A stretch of 64,000 nt of DNA. It comes from Actinomycetota bacterium (GTDB lineage: Bacteria > Actinomycetota > Geothermincolia > Geothermincolales > RBG-13-55-18). Under the pieces are notes generated by a model that had not been told where the DNA came from, searched no databases, and worked only from the letters and a program-made list of their open reading frames with translations. Each line of letters opens with the position of its first letter. The first letter of the stretch is position 1. The position numbers and the translations under genes are program-made. This document shows positions 49,474 to 59,496 of the stretch, piece by piece. The stretch covers positions 146,960 to 210,959 of the forward strand of contig JBFLWJ010000003.1 in the NCBI GenBank assembly GCA_040757835.1. Direction: 5' to 3'.

Positions 49474-50430
49474 GTGCAGACGGCTCTCTTGATAATCCTG
49501 GTCTCCTTCTTCGCCATGAACATGGGGGCCAGCGGGTTTGCCCCCTCCATGGCCGCGGCCTATGGCGCCGGCTTCCTGGACCGCCTGTGGACGGTGCTCT
49601 TCTTCTCCCTCTTCGTGCTGCTGGGAGCGGTGGTCGCCGGGGGCAGGGTGGCGGAGACCATCTCCCACGACATCGTCCCCTCGGGTTACATGGACACCAC
49701 GGTAGCCCTCATCGTCATCACCGCGGCGACCATCTCCCTCTTCCTGGCCAACCTGCTCAAGGTGCCCCAGTCCACCAGCCAGGTGACGGTGGGGTCCCTG
49801 GTGGGCGTGGGCATCCACCTCGGGCACCTCAACGGCGCGCCCTTCAAACTCATGATCCCCCTCTGGTTCATCCTGCCCTTCGCCGCATACTCCATAACCC
49901 TTATCCTCGGCAAGTGGGCCTATCCGCGCCTGCGCAAATACGTGCTGGCTCAGAACCTCATGCGCCGCTACCGGCTGCTTCAGGCCTTCGTCATCGCCTC
50001 CTCATGTTACGCGGCCTTTTCCATCGGCTCCAACAACGTGGCCAACGCCGCCGGTCCCCTGGTTGGCGCCAATATCATAAGCGCCATGGCGGCCACGCTC
50101 TTCGTGGCCCCGTTCTTCGGCATGGGGGGTGCCGCCCTCGGGTTCGGCAACCTGGAGACGGCGGGGAAAGAGCTGACCCCCCTGGGCGTCCTCAGCGCGA
50201 CCCTGGTGAGTTTCGTGGGAGCCTCCCTGCTGCTGGTGGCCAGCGGGCTGGGCATGCCCGCCTCGGAAGTCCAGATAAAACTGGGGGCCATCTTCGCCAT
50301 TGGCGTGGTCAAGAACGGGCACGTCTTCATGTTCCGCAATCCGGCCGCACGCAGATCGGCCGTGGTCTGGGTGGTCGCGCCGGTCCTGTCGGTCGCCATC
50401 GCCTGGGGCCTGGCGCGCGTGTTCATCTGA
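49474..50430 (+). CDS. cysP: PiT-family (PHO4) anion permease, probable sulfate permease CysP
   Basis: 318-aa polytopic protein with duplicated PiT signature (NMGASGFAPSMA... and GSNNVANAAGP). Divergent from the RHH-sat operon, as in Bacillus cysP-sat-cysC. Confidence 0.7.
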   Translation: MQTALLIILVSFFAMNMGASGFAPSMAAAYGAGFLDRLWTVLFFSLFVLLGAVVAGGRVAETISHDIVPSGYMDTTVALIVITAATISLFLANLLKVPQSTSQVTVGSLVGVGIHLGHLNGAPFKLMIPLWFILPFAAYSITLILGKWAYPRLRKYVLAQNLMRRYRLLQAFVIASSCYAAFSIGSNNVANAAGPLVGANIISAMAATLFVAPFFGMGGAALGFGNLETAGKELTPLGVLSATLVSFVGASLLLVASGLGMPASEVQIKLGAIFAIGVVKNGHVFMFRNPAARRSAVVWVVAPVLSVAIAWGLARVFI

Positions 50431-50469
50431 CCAGGACGGCGGGCGGCCGGTTTAACCGGCCTGGAAGAG

Positions 50470-51360
50470 GTGATAAGATTCTCGCATCTGGCCGGGTATG
50501 CGACGCGTGAGGTGGGCTTGAACGGAACGGGAGATGATCTGCACGGCATCGCCTTGAGCATGGACGTCGAGCCGTGGTGGGCCGGTGACCTCGTGCGCGA
50601 GGGCCGCGGCGGCGGTCAGGACATCGTGGCGCCGGCCGTCGACGCCCTCCTCGGCCTCCTGGAGGGAAAGGGGGTGCGCGCCACCTTCTTCGTCCTCGGT
50701 ACGGTGGCGGAGGAAGACCCCGGCCTGGTGGAGAGGATCGCCGCCGGGGGACACGAGATAGGCTCCCACGCTTACGAACACATCAACCTCACGGAGACCA
50801 CGCGCTCCGCGTTCCTGGCGAGCGAGAAGAGGACCGTGGATATCCTGACCTCGATCTGCGGGGAGAGGCCCCTCGGGTTCCGGGCCCCCAGTTGTTCGGT
50901 GGGTCCCGGCACGCCCTGGTTCCACGAGACCCTGGAGAAAGACCTCGGCTACCGCTACAGCTCCAGCGTCTTCCCCATGCGCACTCCGCTCTACGGATAT
51001 CCCGGCACCCCCCTCGGCCCATATATCCCCGCCGGAGAGCCCGGCGGTGGACACCTGCTGGAGTTCCCCCCCACCGTCTACCGCGGGCCTCTGCTGCGCA
51101 TGCCCGTATGTGGGGGCGTGTACCTAAGGTTCCAGCCACTGTGGCTGGTCGTCCGCCTGCTGAGAAAAGTACTGCAGGAGAGACCGGCGGTGCTCTACAT
51201 CCATCCCCGCGATATCTACCCGCTGCGGGAGAAACCGCCCGGTATCGGCCTGCTCTCGCGCCTCGCGCTCTTCCACGGGGCCGGCAAGACCCTGGAAAAG
51301 ATCGCGGGGCTCCTGGACACCTTCGATTTCAAGCCCGTGAGGGAAGTGCTGTCCCTGTAG
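50470..51360 (+). CDS. polysaccharide deacetylase family protein (CE4 NodB-homology, DUF3473-type C-terminus)
   Basis: ...ATFFVLGTVAEEDPGLVERIAAGGHEIGSHAYEH (NodB His motif)...LYIHPRD...; 296 aa. Confidence 0.75.
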   Translation: MIRFSHLAGYATREVGLNGTGDDLHGIALSMDVEPWWAGDLVREGRGGGQDIVAPAVDALLGLLEGKGVRATFFVLGTVAEEDPGLVERIAAGGHEIGSHAYEHINLTETTRSAFLASEKRTVDILTSICGERPLGFRAPSCSVGPGTPWFHETLEKDLGYRYSSSVFPMRTPLYGYPGTPLGPYIPAGEPGGGHLLEFPPTVYRGPLLRMPVCGGVYLRFQPLWLVVRLLRKVLQERPAVLYIHPRDIYPLREKPPGIGLLSRLALFHGAGKTLEKIAGLLDTFDFKPVREVLSL

Positions 51361-51398
51361 CGGGGAGCACTGCCGATTTGCGCAAGGATGGTCGCCGG

Positions 51399-52370
51399 AT
51401 GAGGACGGAAGTGGCAGGACCCGCGGACATACCCGCCATCGTCGACCTCTTTAACCTGGTCTTCGGCCAGGGACGCGACGTCGACGACTGGAGGAGACTT
51501 TACTCCGGCACCCCGGCCGGCCCTCCCGTCTCCTGCGTGATCCGGGAAAGCGGGGACATCGTGGGCCACCTGGGGGCGATACCCGCATGGTATGGCAGGG
51601 GTGCTGACCGTCTGAGGGGGGCGCTCCTCGTGGACATCATGGTCCACCCGGACCGGACCCGCCGCGGCCTGGCGACACGTCTCTCCCTGGCCATGCACGA
51701 GGTCCTGGGCGAGAGCTTCGACCTGTCCTTCGGTTTCGCCAACCGGCAGGCTGTCCCCACCCATTTGAAGACGGGCATGAGCAACCTGGGAAGGGCGCCG
51801 GTATACGTCAGGTATCCGAGGCTCTCGGCGCGGCGGGAGCCGCGCGGCGGCGGGGACCTGCGCCTCAGGCCGGTCTCGCTGCACGGCCCGGAACTGGAGC
51901 TGCGGCTGGGGGAAGAGGCCTTGCCCCTGTGGCACCGCTCCCGTGACCTCGCCACCCTGAGGTGGAGATATTCCGACAGGCCGCAGGGGCGGTACGACTT
52001 TTACCTCTATGATGGTGCCGTTGCCGGCTCCGGATACATGGTCCTCGCCCGCAGAAAGATCAGGGGCCTCGATGCCGGCCTCATCATGGATATCTGGGCC
52101 GGGGAGAACGACTGGGAGGCCTGCCGCTTCATGCTCTCGCGGGCCGTGGACCTGTTGAGCGGGCAGGGCGTGCGGGTCATCGCCGCTCTTGACGTTGGCA
52201 ACCGGGCGGTGCTGTCCGCCCTGCGCAGGCTGGGCTTCTTGCGCCTGCCCCAGAGCGTCTTTCCCTCCCAGTTGAACTTCGTCTTCAAGGCCTATGGCGG
52301 CGCCGGTGTGGACATGCCCCTGCGGCGCAAGGACTGGTACCTGACCTGGGGCGATACCGACCTGGTGTAG
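51399..52370 (+). CDS. GNAT-family acetyltransferase-like protein
   Basis: Start at internal Met (MRTEVAGPADIPAIVDLFNLVFGQ...) of the longer ORF; ...HPDRTRRGLATRL... acyl-CoA-binding-like segment; ~323 aa. Confidence 0.55.
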   Translation: MRTEVAGPADIPAIVDLFNLVFGQGRDVDDWRRLYSGTPAGPPVSCVIRESGDIVGHLGAIPAWYGRGADRLRGALLVDIMVHPDRTRRGLATRLSLAMHEVLGESFDLSFGFANRQAVPTHLKTGMSNLGRAPVYVRYPRLSARREPRGGGDLRLRPVSLHGPELELRLGEEALPLWHRSRDLATLRWRYSDRPQGRYDFYLYDGAVAGSGYMVLARRKIRGLDAGLIMDIWAGENDWEACRFMLSRAVDLLSGQGVRVIAALDVGNRAVLSALRRLGFLRLPQSVFPSQLNFVFKAYGGAGVDMPLRRKDWYLTWGDTDLV

Positions 52371-52378
52371 CTACGGCC

Positions 52379-54502
52379 TCACGGCTTCTCGGATATGTCC
52401 AGCCTGCCCACCTCCACCTGCCCGGCGGACCTGTAACAGGGCAGTACGCCTATCTTCACGTACCTCGTATGCTCGCTGAGGACGATGTCGGTCTTCTCCT
52501 CGCCCCCGTGCCAGACGATGAAGTTCCTGCGTGTCCACTCGCCCGTATCCCGGTGTATCTTCATCTCCACCCTGGAGATGAGCGCCTGCGGAGAGGGCGC
52601 CGCGTACTGGTAGAAGACCAGGTATACCTGGGGCTCGCCTTCGGCGACGCGGGTGTTCATGGCTATGCGGTACCGCCGGGCAGGGTCGACCTCGATGTAG
52701 CCGCGGTTGATGAAGACCAGCGCCCCCGCGTCGTCCCGCGCCGTCACCCTCAACCTGGTGCTCGTGATATCGTCCCCATCATCCACGTGCACCGACTCGA
52801 CCTCCATGGGTTCACGGCCCTCCCACTGGAACCAGGCCCAGCCGCCGAACCGGGTGAAGCCGTTCACCACCTCGCTGTCCTCGAGCTTGGGGTCGGGGGT
52901 GGATGCGAGTACCGCGGTGTCCAGTCCTTCCGGGTCCACCGCGTAAAGGTCGAAGGCCGCGTTCCTCTCCTCCAGCACCCCGTTCAGCAACAGCGCGGCG
53001 TCGAGCGAGGACTTGTCGCGGGCCACCAGGGTGTCGGTTATGCGGAACTCCCCGAGTAGTTCCCCCCACCCGTCGGGCGCGGGGGAGGCGTAGGCCTGCT
53101 CCAGCCGTTCGTTTCTGGCGGTGATGATCTCGGGAGACGCATGCCCCTGCGTGATCGAGTAGATGTTGTAGCCGGAGATGCCCATGAGCATGTATCCCTG
53201 CACGGGATGGGCGAGCAGGTTGCGGCCCTCGCCTCCCGTCTCCATGAAGGCCTCGACCGGCGCGTAGCCGTCCTTGCCCATGATGTCCTGATAGCGCCGT
53301 GCCGTGACCACCAGCGAGGCGACGAAGAACACCCCGACCACGGCCAGGATCACCGGAATGGCCACCGCCCTCCACCTCTGCAGCCTCCATATGTCCACCC
53401 CCAGCCCCAGGGCCAGTCCGATGACCAGGGGGATACGCATCACGTACGCGAACCTCCAGTAGAACGCGATGCTCACCGGGAGCAGGAAGGAGAGGGCGAT
53501 GACCGTGAAGGCCAGGGCCCACGCCAGCAGGAAGACCCTCTCGCGTTCCTTCCGGAGCAGGAAGGGCAGGCCGATGAAGAAGAACACGGTTGCCTGGAAG
53601 AAATACCCGAATGATGAGTACCTCTCCACGGGCTCCCCGAGGGCCGAGTTCGCTCCCTGGATCGAGCCCCCGAATATGTCCCACCAGTGATAGAGCGGCC
53701 ACAGGGAGAGCAGGGCCAGGGCGGCGGGGATGAGCGAGAGCAGCAGCAGGTGCCGGCGCGTGAGCCGCTTCTCCCATGCGGCGTACACCACCACCAGGAG
53801 GACCAGGACGAGCAGGTATCCTATGCCCGTGAGCAGGTGGATGTTGAGCACCAGTACCGCCAGCAGCAACTGCAGCAGGTAGCTCTTCCAGTCCCCCTCC
53901 TTCAGGTACCTGATGTTGCGGGCCAGAGCCAGCATCATCAGGCCCATGGCCACGACCGACGCGTAGTGGGCGCAGGCGAGCAGCTCTACGAAGGAGAAGG
54001 AGTTTCCCCTGACCACCACCTCGGCGCTGCAGAGGACCAGCGAGAACATCGCCGCCAGGAAAGCGGCGCGGGAAGACCCGGAGAGGGCGCGGGTGAGGAA
54101 ATAGATGCCCGACAGAAAAAGGGATATCCCGAGGAGCCCGAATACGTAGAGGGCGGTGAAGTCGGAAGCACCGGGAACGGAGGCGATGAGCGCCATGGCC
54201 ACGTAGTTGATGCCGCTGCGTTCGTTGCCGCTGTACAGCCCCGGGAACAGGTCGGCGTCGAGGTCGTCGCCCAGACCTATACGGTCCTCGACGGTGCGCA
54301 GCATGCCCAGGTGGCCGTAGGTATCGGCCCCCGATTCACGGAAGGGCAGCCTCTCCTGGTAGAAGTAGAAGGTGTACAGGGCGGCCATGGCCAGGATGAG
54401 CGCCAGCAGCGCCAGGATATAGGGGTCGCGGCCCGCGCCGCGTCCGGCCACCACGCTCTCGTCCGCCGGCGGACCTTCCCCGTTCTCAGCCGTCCCGCGC
54501 AT
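52379..54502 (-). CDS. large polytopic membrane protein with C-terminal extracytoplasmic domain (GT-C-like glycosyltransferase / polymerase candidate)
   Basis: ~12 predicted TM segments over the first ~430 aa, then a ~280-aa soluble domain. Start uncertain (Met28 at 54502, or GTG ~54454 which avoids overlap with DUF2304 gene). Confidence 0.55.
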   Translation of the reverse strand: MRGTAENGEGPPADESVVAGRGAGRDPYILALLALILAMAALYTFYFYQERLPFRESGADTYGHLGMLRTVEDRIGLGDDLDADLFPGLYSGNERSGINYVAMALIASVPGASDFTALYVFGLLGISLFLSGIYFLTRALSGSSRAAFLAAMFSLVLCSAEVVVRGNSFSFVELLACAHYASVVAMGLMMLALARNIRYLKEGDWKSYLLQLLLAVLVLNIHLLTGIGYLLVLVLLVVVYAAWEKRLTRRHLLLLSLIPAALALLSLWPLYHWWDIFGGSIQGANSALGEPVERYSSFGYFFQATVFFFIGLPFLLRKERERVFLLAWALAFTVIALSFLLPVSIAFYWRFAYVMRIPLVIGLALGLGVDIWRLQRWRAVAIPVILAVVGVFFVASLVVTARRYQDIMGKDGYAPVEAFMETGGEGRNLLAHPVQGYMLMGISGYNIYSITQGHASPEIITARNERLEQAYASPAPDGWGELLGEFRITDTLVARDKSSLDAALLLNGVLEERNAAFDLYAVDPEGLDTAVLASTPDPKLEDSEVVNGFTRFGGWAWFQWEGREPMEVESVHVDDGDDITSTRLRVTARDDAGALVFINRGYIEVDPARRYRIAMNTRVAEGEPQVYLVFYQYAAPSPQALISRVEMKIHRDTGEWTRRNFIVWHGGEEKTDIVLSEHTRYVKIGVLPCYRSAGQVEVGRLDISEKP

Positions 54503-54890
54503 CCGCGTCGTCCCCCTCCCCGCCGTCTTCCCCCTCCGCTTCCTCCCCCACGAGGCGAAGCAGCTTCTCCTCCAGCACCGCAAGCCTCTGGACCATCCTG
54601 TTGTACCCCTTGCTCTGCCTGCTGAGCACCGCCGAGAAATGGATCATGATCCCGAAGATGAAGAGGAAGGCGAGGCCGAAGATGATGGAGGGCGGATAGT
54701 AGATCCTCAACACATCGGCCAGCTTCTGCAGGAGCGCCGGCCAGGCGCTGAGGACGATGATGGATATGCCGAGGAGGATCCAGAGTATCGCATAGCGCTC
54801 GCCCAGTGACCCCCTCCGCACCAGCTCGACGATGAGGGCGATCATCAGCAGACCGGCGACGATGCCCGTGACCGCGATATTCCAGTTCAA
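54486..54890 (-). CDS. DUF2304-family small membrane protein (GT2-associated)
   Basis: 134 aa; two-to-three TM helices, LVRRGSLGERYAILWILLGISIIVLSAWP... pattern and C-terminal coiled/acidic tail; immediately downstream of a GT2 gene. Confidence 0.7.
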   Translation of the reverse strand: MNWNIAVTGIVAGLLMIALIVELVRRGSLGERYAILWILLGISIIVLSAWPALLQKLADVLRIYYPPSIIFGLAFLFIFGIMIHFSAVLSRQSKGYNRMVQRLAVLEEKLLRLVGEEAEGEDGGEGDDADARDG

Positions 54891-54903
54891 GATGGTATAT
54901 CCT

Positions 54904-55614
54904 TCACCCGATCTTCCCCCTGCCTCTTCTCCCCCGCAACGCGCAGATCGCGACGGCGAGGGTCACCTTGCTCATATAATACACGGCGACGCCCGTGTTT
55001 ATCACCGATTTGCCGCTCTCCCTCCGCAGGGAGTCTATGGGGACCTCCTCCACCGTGAACCCCTCGAGGTTCGACATCATCAGCGCCTCTACCTCGGGGA
55101 AGTCGTCCGGATAGTCGCGGGCGAAGGCCTCCAAGGCCCGGCGGCCGTATCCCCGGAAGCCGCAGGTGGCGTCCGTGATGTGGTAGGAGGTAAGCCGGTT
55201 GACCAGCCAGGACAGGAACCTGTTGCCGACGAGCCTCGCGCTCCAACCCCCGCCATTGCGGCCGTTAAAGTAACGGCTCCCGATGACCAGGTCCGCCTGC
55301 TTCTCCCGCAGGGACTCGAGGAGCAGGGGGATGTCGGCGGGATCGTGCTGGCCGTCTCCATCCATCCTGATGACGAAGTCGTATCCCTCCTCGGCGGCCA
55401 CCTGGAGACCGGCCTGCTCCGCCACCCCTATGCCCGCGTTGAAGGCTAGGGACAGGCACCTCGCCCCGGCCCGCACCGCCCTTTCCCGCGTGCCGTCCTC
55501 GCTGCCGTCATCCACGACCAGCACTTCGGCGTCCAGCTCGCGCCGGACCTCGGAGACGACCCTCTCGATGCTGTCCTCCTCGTTATGGGCGAGGATCACG
55601 ACCAGCGTGTTCAA
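54904..55614 (-). CDS. GT2-family glycosyltransferase (polyprenyl-phosphate sugar synthase-like)
   Basis: LVVILAHNEEDSIE...VLVVDDGSEDGT...DGDGQHDP (DxD/DGD motifs). Start assigned to TTG after GGAGGCGGAAGGG SD. Confidence 0.8.
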   Translation of the reverse strand: MNTLVVILAHNEEDSIERVVSEVRRELDAEVLVVDDGSEDGTRERAVRAGARCLSLAFNAGIGVAEQAGLQVAAEEGYDFVIRMDGDGQHDPADIPLLLESLREKQADLVIGSRYFNGRNGGGWSARLVGNRFLSWLVNRLTSYHITDATCGFRGYGRRALEAFARDYPDDFPEVEALMMSNLEGFTVEEVPIDSLRRESGKSVINTGVAVYYMSKVTLAVAICALRGRRGRGKIG

Positions 55615-56609
55615 CCCTTCCGCCTCTCCTTCATACCCTGACCCGGTGCGCCCCGCCTTGCGAGCAGGCTTATGAAGGATGCCCGGGCTACCCTCGCGGC
55701 GTAGGCGCACCTGGCGCCGGTGGCGTCGTCCCCGCGCCTCGAGATGAACAGGGCCCCCAGCACCGCGGCAGCCGCCGCCGAGCCGGCGCAGATGAGGGCG
55801 CGGATGATATACGAATGCACCGGGCTGAAGTACTTCCTCTGAAAGTAGTCGATCCCGTCCACGTAAATCCTGGCCCGGGTATAGCCTTTCTGCTCGCCGA
55901 AGACCTGGATGCCGGACCGGTTCCCGTAGTGCGTTATCTCCACCCCGGGCAGATACACCGTCTTCCAGCCCGCCCTCTTGACGCGGTAGCACAGGTCCAT
56001 ATCCTCCCCGTACAGGAAGAGGCCTTCGTCAAGGAGGCCCACCTCCTCCAGCGCTCTGGCGCGCACCAGGGCGCAGGCGGTATAGACCCAGTCCACCTCG
56101 ATGGGACAACGGCCGTCGCCGGCCGGGTCGGTGGACATCCCGAACATGCTGGATCCCAGGCCGCCCAGGAGGACCAGCAGGTAGAGCAGGGCGTGCCTTG
56201 CGTCCAGCAGGGTGAAATGGAAGCAGCTCTGCTGATAATCCCCGTCCTCGCCCACCATCCTGGGACCGACGATGGCGGCATCTGCATGTGACTCCATGTA
56301 CTCGTACATGCCGCGCAGGGCCCCGGCCCCGACCACCGTATCCGGGTTGAGCAGCAATATGTAAGGGGCGGAGGACATCCTGATCCCGCGGTTGGTGCCG
56401 CGGGAATACCCCACGTTCTCCTCGTTTACGGCCAGCGCCACCTGCGGGAACTTCTCCCTGACCATCTCCGCCGATCCGTCCCCGGAGGCGTTGTCCACCA
56501 CGATGACCTCCAGGTCAAGGCCGTCCGCATGGGCGAGCAGGGAGCGCAGGCAGTCATGCAGCAGATCCCTGGTCTTGTAGTTGAGCGCCACTACGCTGAT
56601 GTCGGGCAT
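55611..56609 (-). CDS. GT2-family glycosyltransferase with C-terminal TM segment
   Basis: Start at Met39 (MPDISVVALNYKTRDLL...), VIVVDNASGDGS, ...LYGEDMDLCYR... (GT2 motifs). Confidence 0.8.
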   Translation of the reverse strand: MPDISVVALNYKTRDLLHDCLRSLLAHADGLDLEVIVVDNASGDGSAEMVREKFPQVALAVNEENVGYSRGTNRGIRMSSAPYILLLNPDTVVGAGALRGMYEYMESHADAAIVGPRMVGEDGDYQQSCFHFTLLDARHALLYLLVLLGGLGSSMFGMSTDPAGDGRCPIEVDWVYTACALVRARALEEVGLLDEGLFLYGEDMDLCYRVKRAGWKTVYLPGVEITHYGNRSGIQVFGEQKGYTRARIYVDGIDYFQRKYFSPVHSYIIRALICAGSAAAAAVLGALFISRRGDDATGARCAYAARVARASFISLLARRGAPGQGMKERRKG

Positions 56610-56771
56610 CGTCCCCCTGCTCTCTCCGCCATAGGGTCCGTCCGGCTGCTGCGGATGGTTATACGCGGTTCGACGGTCCTCTGAGCACATACCAATTCTA
56701 CGCACGCGCGGTGCATCGGGCAATCGCGCCGCCGCCGGCCGCGGCTCGCGCCCGCACGGTCAACCGGGCCA

Positions 56772-58271
56772 TCAGAGAAGGGACTTCCCGTCCATCGCCG
56801 GTGGTCCCTCAACCCCCATGAAATCGAGGACGGTGGGAGCGATGTCCTCGATGCTGCCGTCCCCCGCGCCCGCATCGATGCCGGGGCCCCGCAATACGAT
56901 CATCCCCTCCCGGCGGTGGTCTGCACGGGTGAGCGGGAGCACGAGCCGTCCCTCGTCACCTATCACCCCCTGGGTGGTCCACCCCTCCACCATCTCCACC
57001 ATGAGGTCGGGGGCCCAGTCCACTTTGGGTCCCGAGTAGATCTCCTCCCTGCTCCGGACCGCGCTCACCGGCCTCTCTCCCGACGCAACGTCCACATAGC
57101 CCTCGAGACCCCGTCGCAGTTCCTTGATGAGGGATTCCCTCTCCCCGCCCACGCCCACGCTCCCCCGGGGGCGGTCGGAGGTGTTCAGGTAGATGCCATG
57201 GTTGGGCAGGGCGATGGCCCGGGTCGCGGCCCAATCGACCCGGTCCGCCTGGATGTAATCGACCACCGAGGCGTGTGAGCCCGAGCCCCTGCCCTCCGGC
57301 ACCATCCTCCTCAGGGAGCGGGGGGCGTAACGGGAGGCGGCCGCGAGCAGCCCGACCCGATCCAGGGCGGCGGCTATCCTCTTCTGGTTGATACCCATGC
57401 CGGAGAGCCCGCCCAGGGATCTTACCTTGAGGTAACCCTCCCCGATGAGCCAGTTATTGAGGAGGAAGCCCGACTTGCACGGCGCGAAACCGTGGTCCGA
57501 GAGGACCATGAGCAGGTCGCTCGCTCCCACGTACCGCTCCACCAGCGCACCGATATGGCCGTCCAGCTTCTCGAAGAAGGCGGCGGTCAAGGCGTGCAGG
57601 CCGCCCCTCTCCGGTTCCAGGGGCAGGCCGGTGTGGTTGAGGAGGTTGTGGCTCACGCGGTCCGCGAGGTGGAAGACGCCGAGGAAGAAATCACAGGGGT
57701 GCCCGGAGAGCAGGGCCTCGAAGACGCGGTGGCGCTTGTCCATCGCCGCCTCGCATTCCCTGATGGTCTTCTCGGGCCCCATGACCGAAAACCCCTTCGG
57801 CTCGATGACGTAGCCCCCGGCGGCGGCGTCTATGGCGGCGCGCATGGATGCGGGCCAGGTGTGGAGGTCGCGCTCGTCGGCGAGGAAACCCGGGATCATG
57901 TAGCCGTTGATCCGCCTGGGCTCGCGCACCACGGGGATGTTGAAAGCCCCGCAGGAGAGCCCGCGCTCGCCGAGGATGTCCCATATCTCCGGCAAGGCGG
58001 GGTCGCGGTGATAGTCGTAGTAGCTCAGGGCGTACGAGGCCGGCGCGAGGTTGAGGAAGCCGAAGGCCCCGATCCAGCCCGGGTTCCTCCCACTGGCCAG
58101 GGTGTTCCAGGCGGGACAGGTGATATAAGGGATAGTGCTCGCCAGGACGCCGTGGCGCCCCTCGGAGGCCAATGCCCTCAAGGCCGGCATACGCCCGGCC
58201 TCCATGAGCGGGGACATCACTTTCCAGGTCCCGCCGTCGATCCCGATGATGAATACCCTTCCCTTGGCCAT
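56772..58271 (-). CDS. alkaline-phosphatase-superfamily NPP-type enzyme (paralog 2)
   Basis: VFIIGIDGGTW, IPYITCPAWNTLASGRNPG (Thr-nucleophile motif), VLSDHGF. Confidence 0.7.
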   Translation of the reverse strand: MAKGRVFIIGIDGGTWKVMSPLMEAGRMPALRALASEGRHGVLASTIPYITCPAWNTLASGRNPGWIGAFGFLNLAPASYALSYYDYHRDPALPEIWDILGERGLSCGAFNIPVVREPRRINGYMIPGFLADERDLHTWPASMRAAIDAAAGGYVIEPKGFSVMGPEKTIRECEAAMDKRHRVFEALLSGHPCDFFLGVFHLADRVSHNLLNHTGLPLEPERGGLHALTAAFFEKLDGHIGALVERYVGASDLLMVLSDHGFAPCKSGFLLNNWLIGEGYLKVRSLGGLSGMGINQKRIAAALDRVGLLAAASRYAPRSLRRMVPEGRGSGSHASVVDYIQADRVDWAATRAIALPNHGIYLNTSDRPRGSVGVGGERESLIKELRRGLEGYVDVASGERPVSAVRSREEIYSGPKVDWAPDLMVEMVEGWTTQGVIGDEGRLVLPLTRADHRREGMIVLRGPGIDAGAGDGSIEDIAPTVLDFMGVEGPPAMDGKSLL

Positions 58272-58428
58272 GTGTTTTCTCATCTCCCGCGCTCCCGCGC
58301 CGCCGGCGGAGGTTGTTAGTGATTATACGCCACTCCCCGGCCGTGGACCTCCAGGCCGGATGATACCATGGATACGCGGGACCCGTTATAACGCCGTGTC
58401 TTTTGGGTTATAGTATCGACACGGGTCC

Positions 58429-59496
58429 ATGACCGCGCGGCCGGCCACCCGTAGCCGGCCGGCAGGAAAGAGACGCTCGATAGGACGGTACCTGTTGGAG
58501 AACCGCTGCCCCCTTTGCGCATCGACGCGGACCGCACCGTTCTCGCCCCTCGGGGAAGGGGACGGCCGCTCCGGCGAGGGCTACCGTGTATACGGGTGCG
58601 GCGACTGCGGCGTCGCCTTCACCTGGCCCAGGCTCGACACGGCCGAGACCTCGGACCTCTACGGGGACGACTATTACTCCTTCCGCTCCACCAGCCTGGA
58701 GAGCCTGCCGTTGTGGGGATCCGCGGCCACGGCGCTGGACCGGGCCCTGCGCCTCCTGCGCGGGAGGAGATCGCGTCTCGCGGACCTCCTGGAGAGGCTG
58801 CTGTTCTGGCCGGCGAGGAACGTCCCCCAGGCGGTCCCGCTCTTCTATCCCGGGAGGGATGTGCTGGACCTGGGCTGCGGCGCCGGGGACCAGATGGCCT
58901 TGTGGCGGCGGGTCGGGCGCAACGTGCGGGGGGTCGATATATCGCCCCGCGCCGCGGCGGAGGGGGGCAAGCGGGGCCTGGATATATTCACGGGGGAGAT
59001 ATGGGAGGCGGGCTTCGCGGCCGGTTCCTTCGATATCGTCTACGCGAACCAGGTCATAGAGCACACCGGCGACACCCACGCCACCCTGCGGGAGATATGG
59101 CGGGTGTTGCGGCCGGGGGGGGTGCTCATCGTGGGGGTCCCCAATACCGCCAACCGCTTCCTGGCCGTCTTCAAGTCCGGCTGGGCCTTTCTCCAGATAC
59201 CCTTTCACTTCCTTCACTTCGATCCCGCCAGTCTCTGCGCGGCCCTCGCCCGGGACGGTTTCTTTATCCGTAAGGTCTACACCATCACCCCCGCGGCCGG
59301 GCTCCTCGAGAGCCTGGCCAGGATGTTCCCGGGCTTCGGGCGCGTCTATGCCGACTGCCACCTGAAGGCCCCGTGTATCGCCGCGTATGTCCTGCTGTCA
59401 CTGCTCCTGTTGCCCTGCAACCTGGGGCTCCGGGGCGACCTGCTGTACGTCATCGCCGTGAAGGGAGGCCAGTCGCCATGTCCGGGCCCGCGGTAG
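58429..59496 (+). CDS. class I SAM-dependent methyltransferase with N-terminal Cys4 zinc-ribbon
   Basis: CPLC...CGDCG zinc ribbon; VLDLGCGAGDQ (motif I), FDIVYANQVIEH, LRPGGVLIV. Confidence 0.75.
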   Translation: MTARPATRSRPAGKRRSIGRYLLENRCPLCASTRTAPFSPLGEGDGRSGEGYRVYGCGDCGVAFTWPRLDTAETSDLYGDDYYSFRSTSLESLPLWGSAATALDRALRLLRGRRSRLADLLERLLFWPARNVPQAVPLFYPGRDVLDLGCGAGDQMALWRRVGRNVRGVDISPRAAAEGGKRGLDIFTGEIWEAGFAAGSFDIVYANQVIEHTGDTHATLREIWRVLRPGGVLIVGVPNTANRFLAVFKSGWAFLQIPFHFLHFDPASLCAALARDGFFIRKVYTITPAAGLLESLARMFPGFGRVYADCHLKAPCIAAYVLLSLLLLPCNLGLRGDLLYVIAVKGGQSPCPGPR